From positions 6,624,470 to 6,688,469 of the forward strand of contig OZ316897.1 in assembly GCA_973895155.1 (NCBI GenBank): 64,000 nucleotides of DNA, given 5' to 3'. Position 1 is the stretch's first letter. Every line of letters starts with the position of its first letter. The translations under genes and the position numbers were made by a program. The stretch comes from Marsupella aquatica (Eukaryota > Plantae > Marchantiophyta). Shown here in pieces: positions 23,901-37,268 of this stretch. The notes under the pieces were generated by a model. That model saw only the letters and a list, made by a program, of their open reading frames with translations. It did not search any database and was not told the DNA's origin.

Positions 23901-26900
23901 ATAGTTTGAATATGGATAAAATCTTCTCAACGAGCCATTCTAAAGAGATCCTTGGTGTCATATCTTTTAAGGGGGGCTCATCTGACGGACCAGACCCACT
24001 TCTTTGGATAATATGATAGAGATCATTCATGTATTTCTGACCTATTGGGGAATGGGACGTACGATGGCGAGTTTTAGTTGCAACAGCCACTTCTGGGACA
24101 GGTGTACTATTTGCTGCTGCTATTGTAGCATATATACGCTCAAGTGTTGAAGGACCAGAGACAGCGAGAGCTATCAAGGCAGTATCAGAAAGTATAGATC
24201 CCAAACTCTCATCCTCAACACGAACCTGCAAGACAGTAAACCTTGCGAATTAACATGGACGATATAGCTTCAATACTCCTCAACCCCCAGTTGCGAGAAG
24301 TCTGGCTACTGAAGTGAAACTGAGAATAGTACTTGCCAAGCGCGATAACAAATACTCCTTTTCAAGTTGGCGTAATATCAAAGCTTGAGTTTCATCTGTT
24401 ACCTTACCACACTATCGCGCCACTCACAAAGATTTGTGACTAGAGTCGTGAATCTCTCAGGCAACTGCACATCACAACAGTGACAACGGTGAACATACCT
24501 ACTTCCGCACCTGAAATCTCTAAAAAGGGGAATGGCGACTCTTACAAGTTCGTCATGCCCAATGCTTGATAACAAGCAATTGCATACAGGTGAAGTGGAC
24601 CTTGACTCCCAAAATCAATTAGGTGTCTCTCGTCACAACCACCCATGTCGCTCTCAAGTGATGGAGATTGCTTTACTATGTTTCCCTCAACTCCCTGAAT
24701 AATAACTTGTTTAAAGCACAATTCATGAAACAGATCCAAAATCTATATATTTAAGGGTGGCAAACAGTGGAAAAAAACTGTAGGTTCTTCTAAGCCACTC
24801 AATAATGTCAAGCTCATTAAAAGGGAGACCGGCGCAAAACCTGAGAGGGAGGGAGGCAACCATGGCTATTGTAATAACGTGAGATTAAGTGTGTTGCTGT
24901 GCTGGTGGGTGAGGCTGAAGCTCCGTCCTTCTCATAGAGGTTGAGGCAATTCAAATTTGAACGGTATATAGCTTGTTCCAACGGGCGTCCTAAGTAGTTG
25001 CTCTCCACATCTGTGCCTGACTCCTCCATCCTTTCATCTGTGTCATGGGATTCTGATGTCAGCCCGTACAACAAAAATTACGGAGAGTGGAGAGCGAGGA
25101 CAATTCATTCCATATGTAAGATCAAGTGACTCTACATGGTGTGCATACCAGATATATTTTGTGTAAGTTCAGTGCAGAGTCGGTGGGCTATGTAAAGCAG
25201 ATAATGAGCATCTGTACGAGCATACTGCAGCATATCTTTGGGCAATGGTCTCAACCGCCAGTCTGCACGCTGTATTCAAATATATTATTCCACTAGTCAC
25301 GAGCTAGGAAGAAATTGTGAGACTAAAGTAGAAATACATGTTGAATTCAATAAAGAACAGCATTGTTCTACAGTGCCTACAGAACAAGCCGGCCTCTGTG
25401 CTTGTCTCGGCCCTAATCAAGGAGAGACTCAAATTTGTGTGTCCGTTTCTGAAACAAGACATTTCGGGTAATCTTAATATAGTACCTGAAAAGATTTATC
25501 TGTGGTTACAGAACAATAAAGTTGTAGCAGAGATGCAAGCGATCTTTGCTGCTTTCGAAGGAGCAGACATGCCTAAAAATGTCAGAAAACACGATTAGCT
25601 ACCAAACTAGTCAAGTGAGATGCTTTAGGGATCGAATAGATTAATATAACATCTTCTTTCCAACACAGGGATCTTCATAACACGAGTAAAATGTCTGCCC
25701 AGTGCTCCCTTACTTTACAAAAATGGCAGTTTCAAAGCAACTACGTTGTTCTTACTTTTGCTGTGTCGAACATGTTTACAACATAAATATGGAAATCTCG
25801 TTGCAGCCACAAGATATCACTGTCTGCACCGTGAAACACCTGGAAAACATGGAAGGAAATAAAACTCGGATGAACCAAAATCTGTAGGAGATTTCGTACT
25901 CCCAATGAGTGAGGCTACTAAGCTCTAATTCACTCTCAAGGCTTCCAAAACTAAGCGAGAAAATTGAAAGACAAGAACACATCAGCCATCATTTAGACAG
26001 TTCTAATGAATGCCGTTCAAGTACGATTTTCCACTGGTTTAAAATTGTGTTCCACTGTACACTTAACGCAAATCAAGGACACCATGTCCGCAAACCATGC
26101 AGTCTTCAGTGAATCTTTGAATAGTGACTCACCTTGCAAATACGCGGATTTGCAAAGATAGGTCTCAACATGCTCATGGAATCATGCAACGCAATGGAAT
26201 CCACCAGGTAGTCGGTCGTTTTAGTCGAAATCTGCTCGGATGCCGCCAATTAACATTAATTGCCGCTTGATACATCAAAACATAAAAATGCTGGATAGAA
26301 TCCTAGCTGATACCTACAGCTGCATTGTGGTTTTACATAACACATTATGTGTTAGGGAAGCCCTTAAGATACATTCCGAACCAATATACAATACAGTGGG
26401 TTACACATACCTGAACTAGAGCCGTGAAACCACGAAAAGAGTGAAAACTATGTTGCTCGGTGTCCACTGCGATTTCGTTCTCATCACTCAGCAACTTCAC
26501 TAGAGCTTGCAGCTCGTCCTTTGTTTCAATCCATTGAAAATATACTTCCATTCCAGGTGGCTCTTCGTAACCAGGCTGCATGAATGCACAGCTGAGGGGA
26601 GGATGCTCCAACAATTTACGTATCCTCTCACCATACGGATGAAATAAGCCATTCCCTGCAGAACGGACGAAAAACTCGAATGTCATGACATCCTGCATAG
26701 AAATGTAAATGCCAGTGACTGCCCGACTAGCTCTAAGGCAACCCTTTGTAAAGAAAAAGTGAGTCCAACGCATTAGACCGGAGCATTTGTAGGCCAGTAG
26801 TAAGGTAAGTACAGAACATCCTTCCAGACACACGTGGGTTTGGACTGAAAAGCACACCAACCACCCTACCGTTTCCTTAAGAATAGCTTCATAGCATTAT

Positions 26901-27761
26901 TCCTGGACATTTTCAAAGGAAATCTTCCATAAACTTATTTTATGAGACGATGAAAGATTTGCCTTGAGGAGAGCAAACCTCACCTCATTTATTAACTCCT
27001 AAAAACTCTTACGTGATAACTCCAATTTGTATCGGAACTCTTGAACGGTGAAGGCTTTATAAATTTAGATACTGCGTGTGACCAGACAAATACGAAAACC
27101 TTTGCGAAAGGTATAGTTTGCCTAACATTCCCCAAAAGAGTGGATGGCGACAAGGAGGGACGAATACTTTCAGATTATAATATTGGAGCATGTGAAAGTA
27201 AATTTTGAACTATCATTGTACGATAATTGAATGAAAAGATGGAGTGAACAATCGCATAGCTTTTGGCAATATTCCAGGATTGGGAATGTCCGGCTTTTTA
27301 CTGCCACCAATGACGCATTGCAATAGCTTGGGGACGGAAAGCTAGAGCCACCTTTTCAAGTTGTAAAAGGACGTAAAGACTGCTTCATGGTCTCAAATTG
27401 GGTTGTTAGGGCTTTCATTCGACCAGGATGCCAAGCCCTGGGCCCTTGGTGAAGTAATGAGTGTACAGATGACTTAGTCTCAAACAATGCTTACAGAAAC
27501 TCAACAACATAGAAGAAGCTATCACATACAATTCTCTTCGGTTCGAAGATGGACAAATGGAGTCCTTGAGTTGTCTGCAAGCACACATCCAAAGACCTCC
27601 TGGGGTTTCTTGTCTTGCAAAGTTGCAGCATGACTGACTAAGAATCGGTAACTCTTCTGTCTCCGCCGCTCCCGCTGCTGCCTGAAGTAAAATAGTGCAC
27701 AAGAGAGAACAGCCAAGCTAGAAATTACGCCAACCGTGGCCAGAGTTCTGTGTTTGCCCAT
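20991..27761 (-). CDS. RRP6L3: RRP6-like 3 exosome-related 3'-5' exoribonuclease (DEDDy + HRDC + C-terminal HNH-like/EXD2-type domain), ~886 aa, 13 coding exons
   Basis: Phase-consistent GT-AG exons: 27761-27530, 26655-26411, 26231-26133, 25839-25756, 25572-25486, 25269-25149, 25052-24841, 24464-24408, 24225-23678, 23211-22719, 22372-22174, 21976-21751, 21048-20991. Motifs: [138 protein letters not shown]. Confidence 0.93.
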
Positions 27762-28270
27762 GGACACCTGAATTTCGCACAGAGCTCAATAGGTCGCTGC
27801 AGACGAGTAGGAATTGTGAACCTTAACTATCTCCAATGTGACGGTCATATGTGAGGCATACCTACTTGTGCTCGTTGATCTCCGCACATAGATATTTATT
27901 TTACTACAGAGGAGAATGAACGGACGTTCACAGTACCAAGAACGATAAATGCATCTCGAGAAGCTGCCATCAACTTTTACCAGAGAGTGGTTTGGAATAC
28001 CTTCAGCACAAGTTTCTGCCGATGCTGACTACCTTGAGGGGCAGCAAGAGCAGCTTTCAACGAATCGGAATAGAAAACTCTTCACCAATGATCCTAATCT
28101 GACCTCCGCTTCTAGAGAAGCCACATGACCGTGCGCTGATGCTATTTTAATGAGCTAAGTAATGGATTGTCGTTCTTTTTGGCAATAACTTTTAAGGAAT
28201 TTGTCATTAAAGAAATTATAATTAGAAACACAGTCGGATCTTTTTATTTTATAAATATGTCATGGTTTTG

Positions 28271-28291
28271 TATATATATATATATATATAT
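28271..28291. repeat. (TA)10 microsatellite
   Basis: Read directly from the sequence, upstream of RRP6L3. Confidence 0.9.
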
Positions 28292-29549
28292 GACATGCCA
28301 CAGCTTCGTATGTGGATGACAAGTTCACCAATATAACAAAGAAGTATATAAAGAAGAATGACATATTTGTAAATATAAGTTGTTTTGACAAAATAGTTAA
28401 CTTATACATTTTCTCTATTTATCAAAATATCATTGGGTATTTTATGCACTAATAGAAATAGTTTGGGTTAGTTTTCACATCCAACGGTTGTCATCACACC
28501 CAATTTCTCGATTGGACCACCCAGGTCTCTCTCAAGATAGCTTTGATATATCCTTGGATTAATTGACTGAGGGGTGGGTTGAGTGATCTTGTCCTCCCAT
28601 ACTACATCTAGCCTTGTCCAAGGCCAGCTTGTCCTTGTACATAGTCTCTATCTTTGTCCTATGGACTGAGGGTGGTCAAAGTCACCTTGAGGGAGACTGG
28701 ATCAGATCATGGTGTTGGGTGCAATGAGAGCCTTTGGATGTGAAAGACCTAGCCCAGGTTACGTTTTTGACACAAACACAAACAAAAACAATGGCATTAT
28801 GATAAATAGAAAAAGCATTATGATAAACAGAAAAATATCTGTGAAAAGGATGTGTTATGCCACGAAAGTGTGGCATTCCATTAAATCTCAGGTAAGACTT
28901 TGTAAGTTCAACTATTTGAAACTTAAAATAACCGCCTAGAACACATTCAGAATTCCTTTTCATTTGGTTCAAATCAAAGCTCACTTCGTATTCATTTTCA
29001 TGCCATTCTCACTCCCTAAAAAGTTTGGACTATGGAAGTGAGTATCTATAACAGGTTTTGATTAAGCTACCTCCAAGGCGTGTGTGTGCCCTCACACACA
29101 AACCACCTGCTAGTTAGAACCAAAATTGATGATGTGACTGCATGTCAGGAATTTTGGCCTTCCTATGGGGATCCATGATAAAAGTTTTTTGCCAACAGGA
29201 AAGAAGATCATATGGTAAGTGTATCTTGAAAAAGTGACACAAGCACCTTGGATGACATCTTAAATTTAGAACAAACTCCCTCAACAATGGTAGCCAGGAT
29301 CCATATTTACCTCTTATCATAGTCACATGCTCGTTTTCTTGAACTCCAGACATTGTCCTCGATTGTGATAGGCACTCAACATAATCGCAAATCTAGACAA
29401 AAAATTAGGAACAAACTAGACATTAAATGATATTCTAATACCCTGTTTACTGTTGTTCCATAGTACTTTGGGCACTATAGTGTCTGTCCATTGTCCATAA
29501 TGCTTTTTTACTTCTATCCCGCACAAACTGGTCAAAATTTAACATGCCC

Positions 29550-30140
29550 TCAAAACTAATATTATTATCAGGTTGCCCCCATTTGTCTATAGGTTATTCT
29601 AACTCAACTATTCTAACCTAAGATTACATGCAATTGGTTTGCAGACACATGGAGGCTTGTGATTCCTTCATACTAACCCCCTCCAACAGTACTTTCATGA
29701 GCAGGTTGCCCATCCTATGCTCACTGGAACACAGGTGTTGATTACTGTCTACTAGCAAACACTAAAGTCCCTCTCCTTTCCCCCACTTTTGTAGCCCAAG
29801 CAAGTAATCTTGGACCTAGATCAATTACAGATGACTTCTCGGGTTGGCCTGTTGTGGTGAACCAACCCACATCCAAGGCATGGGGCAACCTGATAATTAA
29901 ATTATTTTGGGGATAGATTAGTAATTTTATCTAGATCTAGGGCAAGAAAGGAGCAACTTTGTGTTTTGTATATTTCTTTCTAAATTGCAGGTAGGGTGAG
30001 ATGTGGGCCTAGATCAATTACAAATCATCTCTGGTTGGCCTGTTGTGGTAAAGCAACCCACATCCAATATATGGGGCAACCTGATAATTAAATTATTTCA
30101 GGGGATAGGTTAGTAATTTTGTTTAGTTGAGGGGCAAGAA
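29550..30140. repeat. TE-derived ~193-bp-period direct duplication plus an inverted partial copy
   Basis: cctagatcaattaca...ggttggcctgttgtggt...ggggcaacctgataattaaattattt occurs at ~29815 and ~30008. The inverted copy ttatcaggttgcccc is at ~29565. The 27-mer ttgtatatttctttctaaattgcaggt is shared between ~29967 and ~31052. Confidence 0.75.
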
Positions 30141-31442
30141 ATTAATCCATGGACCCCCATGTTATTTTAGAGGCAGTTATCTAGAAACTAAAGCTTAGAT
30201 GGACCTCCAATTCTAAAGCAAAAAAATTCAAAAATGGACAAGTCAATGTTTGATTGACATTTGAAATAGTTGCCAAGCTTACCAAGGCAACCATAATTAA
30301 CATCAATCACAAAAGTAGTTGTAGTATGAACTACTTTCACACTCATTGGAAAGTTAGAGAACATTGGGAATTTATAACCTCCTCAAAACTCAACTAAATC
30401 TATCAATGTTAAGTTCATTAAAAAGCTAAAGATATTCTAAAAGTCACAATATCCTTACTACTTGATCAAATATGTCAATTTTAGGTTAGTTCTCATGGAA
30501 AAGGTCAACATTTCAGGGGTTGTACAACAAAGATTTCTATTCACGTTAGAGATTATGAAATCACAATTAAATTTATTTTTCAAATTACTTACTCAATTCT
30601 TATTGAATGCTGACAATGTTGAGCTCATTAGGACAGTCTCTTCAAGATCTTTCCAACACCATATTATACTTGAGTTTTCATTATGATTTGACTCAGCAAT
30701 GTCAAATAAAAAATTGCTGTCGGGAAAATGTTATGTTTTGAATAAAATTAAAATGTAAATAAAATCATTATTGGGAGAAGTTTTACCTCAATCTTTTTGT
30801 CTTTTGAATTGCATGTCAGTTTCTTTTACATTCTTTTTTACGGCATGACGTCCCAATTTTTATAGCAAAATTGTCACAAACACTAATGCAAAAGTTAATT
30901 CTATCCAAAAACAAATCTCTTCTGATTTGCAACATGCCATGATGATGTGGTGCACTTGGAACCAGGAATTTTGAAAAGGACCCCTAATGGGGGTCAGTAA
31001 AAAGCAACTTTGTGGTTTGTGTATTTTGGTTTGTGTATTTCTCGTTGTGATTTGTATATTTCTTTCTAAATTGCAGGTGGCATGACAGGGATGACTGGAC
31101 GGCATTGCTTTGATCCCTCCGTGCAAACATCCCAATGGTCTCATTTCTGTGCCAAAAGAAAGAGCCCAACACGGGGTTGCATTGATCCGAACCTCATGGC
31201 GAGCAGTGCGAAGAGGTTTACAGAAACAATTTTAGACATGTCTCCTTGGTCCTGTACCCTCGTGACTCTGAAGACGCAGGGCGGAGAGTGCAGCAGAAGC
31301 TCCGAAGTGGACCACAATCATGGAGGATTCTCAGACATGAGAAGCGATTTCTTCTAGCGACTCGGCTTTCTTTCTTTCTGTTCGTGCTCAAGCGTCTTCT
31401 GTTTTGCCGAGACAAGCGAGAATTCTGTGGGGCTAGCATTTC

Positions 31443-31646
31443 ATGATGGGTCGTAAGTATCGCCAATCGGGAGGAGGAGGAGGAGCAGGAGCGGAAGCAG
31501 GTGGAGCCTGGAATACGGAATCGTCACCGCTTTCTCTGCTTGTGGAGTGTTGCGTTGATGCATTCTCTCATTCGTCTGAGAGCCTTCTCATTGCGGAGAC
31601 GTGTAGACGTGAGGAGGATGTCGAGGTCCTGTTCGGAGAGAATTGA
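31443..31646 (+). promoter_or_regulatory. Candidate upstream ORF (67 aa) in the 5' leader of the F-box/LRR gene
   Basis: ATG at 31443 to TGA at 31646, in GC-rich leader-like sequence. It ends 22 nt before a donor GAG|GTACTG (31669). An acceptor cctgcag at 32996 precedes the main ATG at 33049. Confidence 0.4.
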
Positions 31647-33048
31647 TCTGTGTCTGGGCTTTTTCGAGGTACTGTGAAGGAAAATGTTTGGCCCCCAGCC
31701 ATTTCTCTGAACTTTTTGAACTTGAAATAGTGTTGCCTGCGAGGGTTGTTGTTGTCAAAGAGGGTCGGTGGACCTAATCAAGATGTCCTGGAAATTGTCT
31801 GGGAAGGTTTCATGGAACTCCAATTCCCCAAATTCTGTCGCTGGTGCTCGTGCAGTTCTGCGGCGCTTTGCGTCCTAGCAAGAATTTTGGGGTGCCAGTT
31901 ATAGATGAAATCCTGTGGTAGCCCTGAGATCAACGGGCTCTACTCTGGACAGTGCGATGATTCATCGAATATCTGTGTACTGATTCCAAAACTTCCCAAT
32001 CTGGACCAGGCCAAAAAAACATGTTTTCTTGTCTTCCCAATTGTCCACCCACGACTCCCGCTCCTGTTTCAAAGCTGTCCGAGTAGGATCAGAGTTTTTT
32101 TTTGAAGAAATAGCTTTCCACGAACACAGCACAGCACATTGGAGACCAAGAGTCACCCAGTAAAATCATTCTACGACTTCTTAAGAACTCGTAGAACTTT
32201 TTATTTTAATCTTCGAATTGCAGCGATTAGAGTGCAGTTCCCTCGTGTACTTTTCTCTCTAATTTTTACATCTTCTTCTTCTCTCGTGCTAGTCTCCGGT
32301 GCTCATAGCATTTAACATATGTCGGTCTATCTCGACCTCTAGCAACCAATTCTGTTCCATAGTTCTACTTGACCTCGCTTTTGCCTTCGGGGTTTCCAGG
32401 GATAATTGTTGTACGGACAGTCGAGTAAGGACATTGCCGAAGCACGAGCTATTTGGGCACTGTCTCCGCTGGTACTCGCCTTCGCAAGGTGGGCAGAGGA
32501 GAGGATTTCCCAATCTAGTCTTGGGAGGACGATTTCCTAGTACGTAGGGAGCGAGGATGGATCTGTGCTTCTGTGATCCCTAGAACGTCTGATACAGTGT
32601 CGTCCCATTGCTGTACGCGTCCGACTTCAATCACAGCTGATCGTGGTGTTCTCCTTTCCAAGTAAGACAGCACATAGGTCTAAGTTTCTGTAGTCCCCTG
32701 TACTGGCCATGGCTATAAGCTTGCGTTAGTAGTGACCGGGACAGACAATGGACAAAATCGAACCCGCACCTTTTCAGTGCTAAATTGCGTGGACTAACAT
32801 CTATATTGACTGAATTCAATTCTGTCAAATTCAGTTGTCCAACATCAGTGCCCGGACTAAATATTGGTGTTGAAGTGTTCCTCTGCATTTGAAGGGATGG
32901 GTTGGAAATGGATGATTTTGGAGGTGAAACTCTTTCCCTTTCAGGTCTCCGTGGTTCGCTTCGTTACATGTCGTAACTGAGAGTTTTGCCCTGCAGGAGG
33001 TTGAACTCTTGGTGGGTTGTTCAAGATTAAGGAGAGTGGACGCAGAAG

Positions 33049-35751
33049 ATGGGCGATCTGGAAGTGCTGCCAGCGACAGTCTTGCTGGCCATGTTGGAGA
33101 AATTGGATCCTGCATCCTTGTGCTCCGTAGCAGCGACTTGTCGTCAGTTGCGCGTGTGTGTGGTGGATGAAGTCTTTCCGCGACTGTCATGTGTACATCT
33201 CCTCAGAGTATGTGTACGTCTTCCTAGGGCATATTTGTGCTAGTAATCACAGATCCCTTCCATTACAACTCCTGATACCTCTTGCCTGTTCTACTCATTC
33301 TGATATTTGCTGTTAAATTTTCTGTCGTAGAAGTTCTGAAGTGCATTGTAGATAGTAGGTAAATGCCAGTCTTTCGACCAACCCTGCTGCTGTTGTAATC
33401 CTGGAAATTGGTCTCTGAGACTGCCATTCTTAATCTTTATTGGGCAGGACACGTGCTTGAACGAGCAAGACCTTGCTTCTCTACTCGCGAACAATACAAC
33501 AGTACAGAGCCTGAAGTTGGACTGTTCACGACTGGTTAACAATGCTGGAATAGAGTTCTTGATCAAGTCATCTCTGGAACACTTGGTGCTCTACAACTGT
33601 GAAACCTTGTCTTCGGATCTTCTTGTTAAAATCGGTCAGCATTGCTCATCTCTCAGGTATTTTCCGCAGCGATAATGTGGCTTGAATCTATTGGCGTTAT
33701 AGACGTCCATGATTCAGGATGGATGGTCTGTCAGTGTCTATCTGTTTCAGGCTTTTTTGGCTAATAGGAAAACAAAAAGAGAGCCGAGGGTGCTGCAGTT
33801 GAAACTGCCATTCGTCCTCAGGTATCGACGCCAGTGTCTAATCATCTCATCCTGGTTGGGAAGGGTGATTCCATCATGTTACCCCATTATCAGGCGTCAG
33901 TTCACGAATAAGGATTTTCTGCTATGGATGGCCATTACAAGTCTAGGACGGCTGAACGAGGAGGACTTTAATTACCGAGTTTTTGTACCGATTATTTGTA
34001 AAGTCAGCCCGTCTGTCAGTGACAGACACTGACGTCTTTATCGTCAATGCCTTGAGGCAGGTCATTGGAGTTGGAGTTGGGTTGGCAAGACGACAAACCT
34101 GGGCGTCTTGCATATCAAAATGGAGGCTTTAGCCGGGGGCTTGAACTGCTCCTGGAAGGTTGTAGTCTTCTGGAGGTAGGTTCAACTTTGCAGCGTAACC
34201 TCTTCTTTCTTCTTTATACAAAATCAAATCGGTGGACGTGCTGTTTGACAAGGTCTCTTCTCTTGACGTACGCCTTCTTTGTTGTTTAATGAAATGCACC
34301 TGCAACCTTTGATTATTCGCAGCAATATCAATTTGGTTTTCACTGAGAACTCGATTGTCCTGTGCTGTTTCCAGTCTCTGTCGCTGAGTTTTGCGGGAAC
34401 CTGTTTTGACACGGATGCACTTGCTGCCATACCTCGACTGAGAGCAGGATCCATCCAGGCTTTGGACATTGGATTTGTTGCAGAACGGGATGCAAAGTAT
34501 CTATTGGAGGTCAAGATTGATGGACTTAACAGGCCAGCTTCGAACAATTTACATTATGGCTACGAGAACTTGCAAAAGTTGTCTCTTTCACTGGATAGGA
34601 TTTCAGATTCTTTGGTAACAACAATCTCCCTCAGGCTTCCAACTCTTACAGACTTGGACCTTCGCGATGAGCCGACTGAAGAACCAATGCTAGCCTTTGA
34701 TCTTACAAATGCTGGTGTTCAACAGGTGGGAGGCTGCAGGTTATTGAGGCGCCTTTCAATTGTTAGGAAACAAGATTGGTATCCAGCCTACTTCAAAAGG
34801 GTGTCGGACCTTGGCATTTTTCTGATGGCAGAGAGCTGTACAAATTTGGACAGTATAAGGCTTGGTGGCTTTTCCCGCATCACGGATGCTGGTTGCAGGG
34901 CACTATTGCATACTAGTCTGAAATTGCAGACATTTGAAGTTCTGCACATGAGTCAGATCACGGATCTGGCATTTCATGACCTCTCTGCCACTTCTCTCTC
35001 CTTGGAGTGTGTTGGGCTGTCATCATGTGGTCTTCTCAGTGATGATGCTGTGGCTGCTTTGGCTATGTGTGAAGGCCTCCAGAGTCTAAATCTCAGCGGT
35101 TGCAGGAGTATAGGGGATGAGGGGCTGAAGGCTCTTTCCAACCTCGCACAGCTCCATACTCTCTCACTAAGTGGTACAGATATAAGCGACCATGGATTGT
35201 GCTGGTTGGGGAAATGTGTTTCACCTTTAGTGTCCTTGTCGTTGCGAGGGTGTCAACGAATAACTGAGAAAGGCATTTATGCTCTCCTAGGTGGGCGTGT
35301 TGTTGATACATTGGAAGCTCTTGACCTATCAGCCAACTTCTCTTTTTGTGACGATGTGGCAAGAGCAATAGTTCGTAGCGGAGTTCAACTATGTGACTTG
35401 TTGCTTCGTGACTGCCCACTTCTCAGTGATTTGTCTGTCATTCTACTGGCTGAGAGTAGCTGCGGTGACACACTTCGTGTGTTGGACTTGTGGGGTTGTA
35501 AAGGAGTGAATTTAGTTTCAGGTAGGTGGCTGCACAAACCCTATTTCCCACGTCTCCGCTGGTTGGGAGTGGCCTGGACATTCAACGTGCAGGTCGCCAT
35601 GCATCTTAAGGAAACTCGACCATCTTTACGGATACGGCGAAATGGAGCTGAGGTCAATGACTGGCTGGGTGGGGATTTTGTGGAGTCTCCTACAAAGCCT
35701 GGAGTGGAGACAGTTGATGAGTTGGAGCAATGGTTGGAGGATGATGGTTAA
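33049..35751 (+). CDS. FBL10: F-box/LRR-repeat protein 10-like (At2g17020-type), ~619 aa, 4 coding exons
   Basis: Exons 33049-33207, 33448-33656, 34061-34175, 34375-35751 are phase-consistent. F-box 'LEVLPATVLLAMLEKLDPASLCSVAATC' is followed by LRRs. Family motifs: 'LRDEP.EEP...FDLTNAG', 'YFKRVSDLG', 'LGGFSRITD', 'FHDLSATSLSL', 'KPYFPRLRWLGV', 'DELEQWL'. Confidence 0.9.
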
Positions 35752-37268
35752 GCTTTCATATGTTAGTGTTTTTCTTTCTGTTAAAGGCGATCGAAGCTCT
35801 CCAGAAAGATCAAGTCCCAAGTAGTCTGTCCTCAAACATTTGTCCCAAGTTGACATATTCTCGAAACACGTGGGCATAAATTCGGTTTATTAAAGCTCTC
35901 AATGGATATGACAATTGATTTGAAGTTCAAGATTCCCGACAAGGGCATTGGACAGATTTTACGAGTCGGCAAAAGACTCAGAAGCGTTCGTAAGAGAAAA
36001 AATCCGACAAGGATTGCAAAGTATGTGATTACAAGCTAAGTCTGTTCCGACAAGTTGGTGTCGGATCATTTCTTCCCTCTTATCCATACCTGCTCTTGAA
36101 CTTCTCATGGTCCTGTGTATTACCAAGCGGGGTCCCACCTGGGTGGTCATCAATATCGCCGTTGTAGGAGTTAAGTTCTTGCATCGAAGAGCCGACCTTG
36201 GCTAAGGTCCTTCGAAGCTCTGAAGTGGAGATGATGGAAACTTTTTCCTGAGCTGCAGCTAGGGGACGAGTTTTAAAGGCCTCAGGTGGTATTGTGCGAA
36301 CTCAGCCACCATAATGTACATATTGGGGATTGAAAAGTCTTGTCTTGGACATTGACAAGACGACAAAGTAATTGGTCATCCCAAGGTTCTAAGGAGCGAT
36401 TGATGTGCATGTTGGCCAGAGGTGTTGCATTGTACAAAACTGTGAGGTTGAACTTAGCACGCAACTTTAACTTTCATGATTTGGGTATGCTGCAAATTAA
36501 ACTTTCTGGTGGATGTGTCCGTCCTTTTCTTTTCACTGTACTTTTCATTCAAAATGTTCTAGGTCTTTGACATTTTAGAATTTTTTCGCCACCTCGACAG
36601 AGGTGAGCTATCTTGATTGGTAGGCAGTCGATGAAGAATTTATCTTACAAGCTTGATGTGAACCTTGAAGCATATGACAATTCTGATCTTCGAATGAAAT
36701 TGTTCCAGATTTGCTCTTTTGCAAGTATTAAGTAACATACCTTAATCAGCTCCATGGCTAGAAGAGTGTTGATGACTTGACGCCTTTCGATTTCAGTCTT
36801 CTTTTCGCTTGATCCTCTTTAGCTGCACTGTAAGTGTGCTCTTTGTGTGTATCTTCTGGAAAGTTTTCATGACTGGATCTTCTTAGGGTATGTTTTGAGA
36901 CCTACAGGTAAGTTGATCGAAAGGTCACTATCATGGCGAAAGTAGTATTTCTCAAAAGTTTAATAAATTTGGTCTAAGGATGTTGACACCAGTCCATGGA
37001 TGATTAAAAGCCAGAATGCACTCCTTTTAGTACATTATCAACCAGGCGTACTAGGATGTCGTGTGCTTGCACAAAACGAATTCCAGATCAACGACTGAGT
37101 TTCAGTTTCGTGTGGCTGAGGAGTCCAACGAGGCTTAATATCCTGTACGAGTCTTTTCAGACATGAGATCATGGGAATTTTAGTTTCTCTAGCAAGCCAA
37201 GGAAGTTGACATAACCAAGATGGCAGTTTGAGCCAATATCTCCAAACCTAACCCAGCGCCCACTATAC

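Noticed and set aside
29114-29353. Possible retrotransposon integrase fragment
   Set aside because: The similarity is too vague and no diagnostic motif is recoverable.
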